From an uncultured Acidobacteriota bacterium (GTDB lineage: Bacteria > Acidobacteriota > Polarisedimenticolia > Polarisedimenticolales > Polarisedimenticolaceae), in assembly GCA_964654385.1 (NCBI GenBank), contig CAZZIV010000001.1, positions 935 through 64,934 of the forward strand: a stretch of DNA of 64,000 nt, given 5' to 3'. Positions 57,564-64,000 of the stretch are shown piece by piece. The notes beneath the pieces were generated by a model. That model made no database searches and was not told the origin of the DNA. It saw only the letters and a program-made list of their open reading frames with translations. How positions within the stretch are numbered: position 1 is the stretch's first letter; the number at the start of each line of letters is the position of its first letter. Made by a program: the position numbers and the translations under genes.

Positions 57564-59470
57564 GATGCTTCCCCGCCCATGCGGTTCAGACGCCGAAGAA
57601 GGTCCGACGGATCGGTGACGGTGAAGGTTGTCTCTCCCCGGACCACTTCGGCACGGGGCGGATCGCCGTCCTCGTCTTCCGACGCCTTCCCCTGGAGCAG
57701 CACCGTGTAGGGGGCGGAAGAACCGAGCGCCGCCTGCCGCAGGGCGATCGAACCGGGTTGGTTCGGGTCCCCGTAAAGGGTGATCTTCACCGGAGTCACG
57801 GAGAGTTCCTCCAGGGCGACCGCGGCGAGAATCCCGTGAGCGCGGTAAATGGCCAGACCGCCGGCGTACGCGGACAGAATCCCCTCCGCCTCACGGCGAT
57901 ATTCCGGGCCCGCCTCCTGGAGCGACAGGCGGATCATCGCCCGGGCCAGTTGGATATTGGCATTCAATGGATGCCGCACCAGCCCCATCAGGCCGATCGG
58001 TTCCGGATCGGGGAGGGAATCGATGAAACGGTCCTCGCCTGGAAGACGCAGGTTGTTCCTGCACAGATCCACCAGGTCCCGGGCCGTCTCCAGCCATGCC
58101 CTCTTCCCGGTCGACTCATAGGCGTCCAGGAGAGAAAACGCAGCGTCGGCCTGGGTCTTCAGGTACAGTCGGCGGGAAGGCACCGGCGCCAGTTCATGAC
58201 GGATCCCCCGACCCGGCTCGTAGGCCGCCTTCAGAACGGCGTCGATCGCCCGGGTTCCGGCTTCGACCATGGCCGGCTCGTCCAGGACCGCGCCTGCACG
58301 GAGAAGAGCCGCCGACGCTTGCAATACCGGGCCGGACAGAACGAGCCGATCGACGGAAGGGACGTTCTCCTTCCGGGCAGGATCGTTCCAGTAACCTCCC
58401 GAATCTTCAGAGCCGAAATCTCCGGTCTGGGCCAGATAAAACCAGCCTTCCGGAGCCGCCAGGGTTCCCAGGATAAATCCGGCAGTATCCTCCGCGGCTC
58501 CCTGGAAGAGTTCGGAACCGGTTTCGGTCCAGGCGAGAACCAACTGGTCCAGGAAGAGGGCGTTCCTGTCCAGCAGTTTCTCGTACTGGATCTCCCCCCA
58601 TTGCGGGGCGCCGGCGATCCTGTGGATTCCCCCGTGGATCTTGTCGTGGAGAGGGCTTCTCACCAGGGATGGAAGGTACGGTTCGAACAGCTCGGACAGT
58701 TTGCCGTCTCCCCTGGCCCGGTGAAGCCGGGCGAGGCGGATCAAACCGGGCAGGACATACTTGGGAGCGAGCCCGAACCCCCCGTCGTCCCGATCCCAGT
58801 TCGCCTGGATCCAGTCCAGGAGCCGGGATTCCGCCTGCACGGTCGGTTCCCCGGGAATCGGATCCTCTTCCACCGCCTCCTTCCGCGTCCATTCCATGCC
58901 GATATGGGTCAGCGATCTCGGCTTCAGCCGATAGTACAGCTGTCCCTGTTCCAGGAGAAACAGCATCCGGTCCTTGTCCACGGCGCCGATGGTGATCGGC
59001 CGCGGATCCCCGGTCGTCGTTCGCCGTGTGATCATCGGGTTCCCGGTAGGGAGAAGAAGAGACATCACCGGCATGGTTCCGGTCTGGTACCGCTCCTTGA
59101 TATCCGGCCGTTCATCTCCATTCACGTAGACCGTGATGTAGCCGTCATTCAGCTGCCGGAGAACCTCAGGATCCTCCAGGAGATCCCGGCGCACCCGGTG
59201 GGAATGGGCGTTCCAGCGGGAGTCGATGAAAAGAAATACCGGTTTCCCGAAGAGGGAGGCCCGGAAAAACGCCCTCTCAGAAAAAGGAAACCAGTACGAG
59301 CGCTCCACCAGTTCATCAGGAGGCCAGTCCTGAAACTGCTCCTGGACCGGTATGGAAAAATCAAGGTACCTGGCGGCCCCCTCCGCAGGTGTCCCCTGCG
59401 TCTGCGAGAACCCGGAGAGGCTCCACAGAACAAAAGGAAGGATCGCCGGGAAAAATCTGAATTTCGTCAT
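57560..59470 (-). CDS. Exported thioredoxin-fold DUF255 / N-acylglucosamine-2-epimerase-like (YyaL-type) protein lacking the CxxC motif
   Basis: 636-aa ORF with a signal peptide (MTKFRFFPAILPFVLWSLSGFSQ). The DUF255-like block is KPVFLFIDSRWNAHSHRVRRDLLEDPEVLRQLNDGYITVYVNGDERPDIKERYQ. A long alpha/alpha-toroid-like C-terminal region follows. Confidence 0.75.
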   Translation of the reverse strand: MTKFRFFPAILPFVLWSLSGFSQTQGTPAEGAARYLDFSIPVQEQFQDWPPDELVERSYWFPFSERAFFRASLFGKPVFLFIDSRWNAHSHRVRRDLLEDPEVLRQLNDGYITVYVNGDERPDIKERYQTGTMPVMSLLLPTGNPMITRRTTTGDPRPITIGAVDKDRMLFLLEQGQLYYRLKPRSLTHIGMEWTRKEAVEEDPIPGEPTVQAESRLLDWIQANWDRDDGGFGLAPKYVLPGLIRLARLHRARGDGKLSELFEPYLPSLVRSPLHDKIHGGIHRIAGAPQWGEIQYEKLLDRNALFLDQLVLAWTETGSELFQGAAEDTAGFILGTLAAPEGWFYLAQTGDFGSEDSGGYWNDPARKENVPSVDRLVLSGPVLQASAALLRAGAVLDEPAMVEAGTRAIDAVLKAAYEPGRGIRHELAPVPSRRLYLKTQADAAFSLLDAYESTGKRAWLETARDLVDLCRNNLRLPGEDRFIDSLPDPEPIGLMGLVRHPLNANIQLARAMIRLSLQEAGPEYRREAEGILSAYAGGLAIYRAHGILAAVALEELSVTPVKITLYGDPNQPGSIALRQAALGSSAPYTVLLQGKASEDEDGDPPRAEVVRGETTFTVTDPSDLLRRLNRMGGEAS

Positions 59471-59632
59471 CGATCCACCTTCTGGAGCGCCGGAATTTCA
59501 TTGCAGAACAGGGGTTTCCATTATTAGAACAGGCTGAACCGGTGTCAAGGGACCCGAATCCTGCCTAATACGTTTTCGTCATATGCAACATTATAGTTGC
59601 GCATTTTCAAATTCACCGTACTTTCAATCCAG

Positions 59633-59649
59633 GATCCGAAAATCGGATC
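59633..59649 (+). promoter_or_regulatory. Perfect 7-bp inverted repeat immediately upstream of the GGDEF gene start
   Basis: GATCCGA (59633-59639), AAA, then TCGGATC (59643-59649), ending 6 nt before the ATG at 59656. No obvious SD lies between. It could be an operator or an mRNA hairpin. Confidence 0.35.
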
Positions 59650-59655
59650 TGCTAC

Positions 59656-61416
59656 ATGGCTGGTTCGCATATGCGCCCGATGAAACTCAAGCGGGGAGAC
59701 TTCCTCCCCTACCTCCTCGTATACGGGGCCACTCTCGCCGTCGGTGTCGGTGTCAGCCTTCCTGTATGGAGCCAGTTGAGGGAAAACGCGGGCCTGGTTC
59801 TGTTCCTCGCTGTTCTGGCCGCCGCCGCTTCCCGTTTCGTTTCCCGGGTCGACCGGAACCAAGTGGTTCGCCTGGCGCCGGCGTTCGTCCTGGTCGGAAT
59901 GATTCTTGTCACTCCGGCCGCCGGCCTTTGGGCCGGTTTCGGGGCGCTTCTGGCGTCTCCGGCTGGATTGGCAGGTTCTACGCGGAATCGGCCGTCTTCT
60001 CTCGTATCCACTGTTCTTGCGCTCCTGTTTACGGCTCTGGCGGCCGGATTCCTGAACGCCGGCCGAATTCCCAGGGACATGCTTTCCCTGGCGATGGAAG
60101 CGGCGATCCTCTACCTGATCCTTTCCAGCAGTTCCATTTCCTTCCACTGGTTTTTCATGAGTTTCCGTGACGGGAAATTCATCCTGGGAGAACACCTCTT
60201 TCCGGCCCGTTCCCTGGTCCTGGAGATGATCAACATCCCCCTGGCATGGATCCTGACCTCTTACCATGTCGCCGGAGGCACGATCGCGCCGTTCGTTCTC
60301 TTCTCGGGCCTGGTTCTGCTGGGAAGCTGGATCATCGTCAAACTGGCGACCACTCGTTCGGACCTGCAGCGAACCAACGATTCTCTGGCGGCGCGGATCA
60401 GTGAACTGGCGACCTTGCACGCGATCGGCAGGGAGATCGTTTCATCCCTCGACCCCAAACGTGTCTATAAAATCATCGAACGGGAAAGCCGGAAAATTCT
60501 GGATGTTTCGATGTTCTCCATCGCGTTGGTCGCGCCGGACGGATCCTCGTTGGAAACCGTTTATGCTCATCGGGCCGGAGAAAGCGGAGATGGCGTCAAC
60601 GCGATCCACGGAATAGAGCAATGGGTTCTGGCCGAGAAGCGGGGGCTTCGGATCGGGAGAGGGAACGAGGATCTGTCGAAGATCGGACTCCGCGTCGACG
60701 GTGGAAGCGAACGGTACCCTTCCGCCATGGCGGTCCCTTTGATCGTCGAAGAGCGTGTGGTCGGTATCTTGAAGGTGCAGAGCGAGCGGAGACAGGCTTA
60801 CGACTCCCACCACCAGGCGCTGTTGACGACGATCGCCCAGCAGGCCGCTGTGGCGATCGAAAACGCACGAAACTATCGCATGGCCACCGTCGATTCCCTG
60901 ACCGGCGTCTTCCTGAGGGATTATTTCTTCCAGAGGGTGCAGGAGGAATACGTCCGCGCGAAACGGTACCGGACCAGTTTCGCCCTGATCATGATCGACC
61001 TGGACGGGTTCAAGCAGATCAACGACAACCACGGACATATCGCCGGCGACCGCTACCTGAAAGAGCTGGGTTGCGAGATCCTGTCCAGTCTTCGAGCGGC
61101 GGATATGGCCTGCCGGTATGGAGGGGACGAATTTTGTCTCCTCCTCCCGGAGACCGACCTGGAAGGCGCCCACACCATTGCCGAGCGATTGAGAAAAGCG
61201 ATTTCCGGCCTCACCCTGGAAATCGACGGCGTTTCGCTGCGGGCAACGGCGAGCATCGGAGTGGCGCTGTTCCCGGACCACGGTTCCCAGGACCTGACGG
61301 CCCTCCTCAAGCACGCCGACCAGGCGCTCTACCGGGCGAAACGCCAGGGCAAAAACCGCGTGATCCCCTTCGCCCCGAAGATACGGAAAGAGAAACCGGA
61401 GGCTGCGGGCGGGTAA
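59656..61416 (+). CDS. Membrane-bound GAF-domain diguanylate cyclase (GGDEF, with RxxD I-site)
   Basis: 586-aa ORF with a multi-TM N-terminal region, a GAF-like middle (LATLHAIGREIVSSLD...AVPLIVEERVVGILKV) and a GGDEF domain. The active site and I-site read RAADMACRYGGDEF. Confidence 0.92.
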   Translation: MAGSHMRPMKLKRGDFLPYLLVYGATLAVGVGVSLPVWSQLRENAGLVLFLAVLAAAASRFVSRVDRNQVVRLAPAFVLVGMILVTPAAGLWAGFGALLASPAGLAGSTRNRPSSLVSTVLALLFTALAAGFLNAGRIPRDMLSLAMEAAILYLILSSSSISFHWFFMSFRDGKFILGEHLFPARSLVLEMINIPLAWILTSYHVAGGTIAPFVLFSGLVLLGSWIIVKLATTRSDLQRTNDSLAARISELATLHAIGREIVSSLDPKRVYKIIERESRKILDVSMFSIALVAPDGSSLETVYAHRAGESGDGVNAIHGIEQWVLAEKRGLRIGRGNEDLSKIGLRVDGGSERYPSAMAVPLIVEERVVGILKVQSERRQAYDSHHQALLTTIAQQAAVAIENARNYRMATVDSLTGVFLRDYFFQRVQEEYVRAKRYRTSFALIMIDLDGFKQINDNHGHIAGDRYLKELGCEILSSLRAADMACRYGGDEFCLLLPETDLEGAHTIAERLRKAISGLTLEIDGVSLRATASIGVALFPDHGSQDLTALLKHADQALYRAKRQGKNRVIPFAPKIRKEKPEAAGG

Positions 61417-61423
61417 TCCCGGC

Positions 61424-62149
61424 TCAGCCGTCCAGGACGTCCTGGACCGGGCGTCCCACCCGCCGCAGAAACCGTTCGCTCAGGGAGGGGAGGTTTCCCG
61501 AGGTTCGATCCAGAAGGATCCTCTCGATCCGGGTCATCGGCATAAACAGCACGGACGGACCGGCGACGCTCTCTTCCCCTCTCTCCACCTGTCCCATCCA
61601 ATCCTCGAACGAGGCCAGGTCGATCCCTTCCAGCACGACACCCGATGCGTCCAGTTTCCTGAGTACCCCCCAGAGTTTTTCCGGCGGATCTTTCAAGTAC
61701 ACCAGAACCGAACGGCCGGGGGCCAGGTCGTTCCCCTGACGTTCCTTCCCGCCCTTGCCTTCCACCAGTTCGACCAGAACGCCTCCGCAGGACCTGGGAT
61801 GGAGAAACGCCACCTGGGAGTCTCCCGCTCCCTTCCGGACGGCTTCCCCCAGGACTTTCACGCCTGAGCGCCGGAGCCTTTCCAACGTGGAGCCCAGATC
61901 GGAAACCTCGAGGGCGATATGATGCACGCCCGGCCCGGCTTTCCGAATCCTCCGGCCGACCGGAGACTCTTCTTCGGTCGGTTCGAGAAGTTCGATCCGG
62001 ACATTCCCGGCCGGAAGAAAAGCGGTTCGGACCCCTTCCGAGGGGATCGTTTCCGTCCGCTCCAGTTCCAGGCCGAGGGCGTCCCGCCAAAAGCGGAGCC
62101 CCTCTTCCATGTCGGTCACCGCCATTCCGATATGATTGACCTTGCTCAT
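61424..62149 (-). CDS. mce: Methylmalonyl-CoA epimerase (VOC/glyoxalase fold) with ~105-aa C-terminal extension
   Basis: 241-aa ORF. Residues 1-~135 are a typical epimerase (VNHIGMAVTDMEEGLRFW, RIELLEP, GVHHIALEV, AFLHPRSCGGVLVELVE). Residues ~136-241 belong to no family I recognise. Confidence 0.85.
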   Translation of the reverse strand: MSKVNHIGMAVTDMEEGLRFWRDALGLELERTETIPSEGVRTAFLPAGNVRIELLEPTEEESPVGRRIRKAGPGVHHIALEVSDLGSTLERLRRSGVKVLGEAVRKGAGDSQVAFLHPRSCGGVLVELVEGKGGKERQGNDLAPGRSVLVYLKDPPEKLWGVLRKLDASGVVLEGIDLASFEDWMGQVERGEESVAGPSVLFMPMTRIERILLDRTSGNLPSLSERFLRRVGRPVQDVLDG

Positions 62150-63081
62150 GTTCCGACCTCCACCTTGGCCAGCAGCTGTTCCGCCGCCGAATAGGGATCG
62201 ATCTGCCGGTGTGCTACCCGGTCGATCAACCGGTCCAGGTGTTCCCTTTCCGATTCCCGGTCCATCAGCATGCGGGTCAAGCGTTCGGAGACGATGGTGC
62301 GGAGCCGCCTGGCAGCTCTCTCCCTTCTTCGCTCTTCCCTCTTATCCCGGCCCGCCCCGCGAACGTACTCGCCGATCGAATCGAGCATCTCTTCGATCCC
62401 CTCGCTCCGCGCCGCGATGGTCTTCAGGATCGGCGGACCGTTTTCCTGACGGCCGGGGGCGAGGGAAATCATGTATTGCAGGTCCATGACCAACCGCTCG
62501 ACTCCCGGTTTGTCGGCCTTGTTCACGATAAAAAGATCCGCGATCTCCAGGATCCCCGCCTTGATCGCCTGGATGTCGTCTCCCATGCCGGGCACCAGGA
62601 CCACGCAGACCACATCGGCGGTTCCAACCACCTCGATTTCATCCTGGCCGACTCCGACCGTTTCCACCAGGATCGGATCGTACCCCGCCGCGTCCATCAG
62701 GTCGATGGCATCTCCGGCCGCGCGGGAAAGCCCTCCGAGGTAACCCCTCGTCGCCATGGAACGAATGAAGACACCCGAATCGATCGCGTGTTGCTGCATT
62801 CGAATCCGGTCGCCCAGGATCGCTCCTCCGGAGTAGGCGGAGGAAGGATCGACCGCCACCACACCGACCTTGCTCCCTTTCGCCCTGTAAGCCGCGACAA
62901 GACCGTCCACCAGGCTCGATTTTCCGGCGCCGGGGGAACCGGTGATCCCGATAACCGTCGATCCTCCGGTGCGGGGGAAAACCTGCCGGAGGACTTCCAC
63001 CGCTCCCGGCGCGTTTTCTTCCACCAGGGTGATGCTCCGCGCCAGGGCGCGCACGTCTCCATCGAGCAGTTTCTTCACCAT
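62146..63081 (-). CDS. meaB: Methylmalonyl-CoA mutase-associated G-protein chaperone MeaB/ArgK
   Basis: 311 aa from the ATG at 63081. P-loop GSPGAGKSSL, VETVGVGQ and NKAD. The upstream ORF extension is R/G-rich and overlaps the next gene. Confidence 0.92.
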   Translation of the reverse strand: MVKKLLDGDVRALARSITLVEENAPGAVEVLRQVFPRTGGSTVIGITGSPGAGKSSLVDGLVAAYRAKGSKVGVVAVDPSSAYSGGAILGDRIRMQQHAIDSGVFIRSMATRGYLGGLSRAAGDAIDLMDAAGYDPILVETVGVGQDEIEVVGTADVVCVVLVPGMGDDIQAIKAGILEIADLFIVNKADKPGVERLVMDLQYMISLAPGRQENGPPILKTIAARSEGIEEMLDSIGEYVRGAGRDKREERRRERAARRLRTIVSERLTRMLMDRESEREHLDRLIDRVAHRQIDPYSAAEQLLAKVEVGT

Positions 63082-63110
63082 GCCGGTTCCGTCGGTCAAG
63101 GCAGGCCCCG

Positions 63111-64000
63111 TCAGTCCAGTCCTGAGATCAGTTGCCGGGCGATCACCATTCGCTGTATCTCGCTCGTGCCCTCCCCGATGGTGCAAAGCTTCATGTCCCT
63201 GTAATACTTTTCCGCTGGGAAATCCTTCACGTAACCGTAACCGCCGAAGATCTGAAGCGCCCGATCGGCGACCCACACCCCCGTTTCGGAAGCGTATAAC
63301 TTGGCCATGGCCGACTGCCGGGTGGTTCTCATCCCACGATCTTTCATCCACGCGGCACGATAGGTCAGCAGGCTCGCCGCGTCCAGCCGGGTCGCCATAT
63401 CCGCCAGCATGAAGCGGAGAGCCTGGAAATCCCCCACAGGGCGGCCGAACTGTTCCCGTTCACGGGAATAGCGGAGGGCGGCTTCATAGGCCCCCCAACC
63501 CATACCGAGGGCCAGAGCGGCAATGGAGATCCGGCCTCCGTCCAGGATTTTCATGGCGTCCACGAAACCCATGCCCCTGGTTCCGACCATCTGCGAAGCA
63601 GACAGTCTGCAGTCCTCCATGATCACTTCGGCGGTATCCGAAGCCCGGAGGCCCATTTTGTTCTCTTTCTTTCCGGGGCGGAACCCGGGCGTCCCCTTCT
63701 CCACAACGAACGCGGAGATCCCCTTGTTCCCTTTCTCAGGATCGGTCACCGCGAACACCACCGTAACATCCGCCACGCTGCCATGGGTCGTAAAGGTCTT
63801 GGAGCCGTTGAGTATCCAGTGATCGCCGTCGGCCCGGGCGATGGTTTTTGTTCCGGCCGCATCGGAGCCTGCGGTCGGCTCGGTCAGACTCCAGGCGCCG
63901 ATCCACTCCCCCGAAGCGAGTTTCGGGATATATTTCCGTCGCTGCTCGTCATTTCCCGCCTGAAAGATATGGTTGGTGCAGAGGGAATTGTGGGCGGCCA
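63111..64000 (-). CDS. Acyl-CoA dehydrogenase (5' end outside the window)
   Basis: The reading frame stays open to the window edge. My own translation upstream of 63776 reads ...[23 protein letters not shown]...[14 protein letters not shown], continuing into the listed 221-aa C-terminal part ([18 protein letters not shown]-like [14 protein letters not shown]). Confidence 0.92.
   Translation of the reverse strand, partial: AAHNSLCTNHIFQAGNDEQRRKYIPKLASGEWIGAWSLTEPTAGSDAAGTKTIARADGDHWILNGSKTFTTHGSVADVTVVFAVTDPEKGNKGISAFVVEKGTPGFRPGKKENKMGLRASDTAEVIMEDCRLSASQMVGTRGMGFVDAMKILDGGRISIAALALGMGWGAYEAALRYSREREQFGRPVGDFQALRFMLADMATRLDAASLLTYRAAWMKDRGMRTTRQSAMAKLYASETGVWVADRALQIFGGYGYVKDFPAEKYYRDMKLCTIGEGTSEIQRMVIARQLISGLD

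Noticed and set aside
59505-59533. The AGAACAGG direct repeat at 21-bp spacing as a response-regulator binding site.
   Set aside because: An exact 8-mer recurring once within a 185-bp region is not improbable by chance (rough expectation of order 0.1-0.3). I keep it only as a detail in the intergenic-region finding.

Overview
This is a 64-kb, visibly GC-rich chromosomal segment. My hand counts of scattered 60-nt lines give mostly about 58-67% G+C, with a trough near 45-55% around 36.0-38.7 kb. The organism is a diderm bacterium, because LPS-transport genes are present. The phylum cannot be fixed from sequence alone; sigma-54, an MglA-type GTPase, PEGA/TPR proteins and fused Lpt components fit Acidobacteriota- or Myxococcota-like lineages, but that is inference only.

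I call 53 protein-coding genes. They are tightly packed, with many 4-bp ATGA/GTGA start-stop overlaps, and almost all are housekeeping:
- dnaK-hsp20-sigma factor-DnaC-like loader
- lptC/A-lptB-rpoN-hpf
- split methylmalonyl-CoA mutase
- valS-nadC-birA-coaX
- comEC
- der
- scpA-scpB-rluB-rpsA-ihfB-miaB
- parA-parB
- fused lptFG
- a roughly 18-kb minus-strand array: a DUF255-like gene, then mtnP-ribH-nusB-leuS-lptE-holA-guaA-mscS-dnaE-metK and an AlkP/TPR gene
- a GGDEF cyclase
- mce-meaB-acyl-CoA dehydrogenase (the last truncated by the window edge)

I recognised no rRNA, tRNA, CRISPR array, transposase, integrase or phage gene. The many long ORFs antisense to these genes are R/G/P-rich artefacts of GC-rich DNA.

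I do not see a clear-cut new multi-gene system. The candidates most worth a second look are:
1. An MglA-type GTPase fused to a ~320-aa Pro/Glu-rich tail with no adjacent MglB. It is followed by an exported HEAT protein, a cNMP-binding+FHA protein and a small exported protein (25.7-29.7 kb).
2. Unusual Lpt architecture: a 664-aa LptC-LptA-like fusion and an LptF-LptG fusion.
3. The low-GC BFN-parAB block and its AT-rich 3' spacer, which holds a 12-bp-stem inverted repeat.
4. Several domain-level oddities: an exported DUF255 protein lacking its CxxC, an epimerase with an extra C-terminal domain, and a metK-coupled 1001-aa AlkP/TPR protein.

All promoter and structure calls were made by eye and have low confidence.
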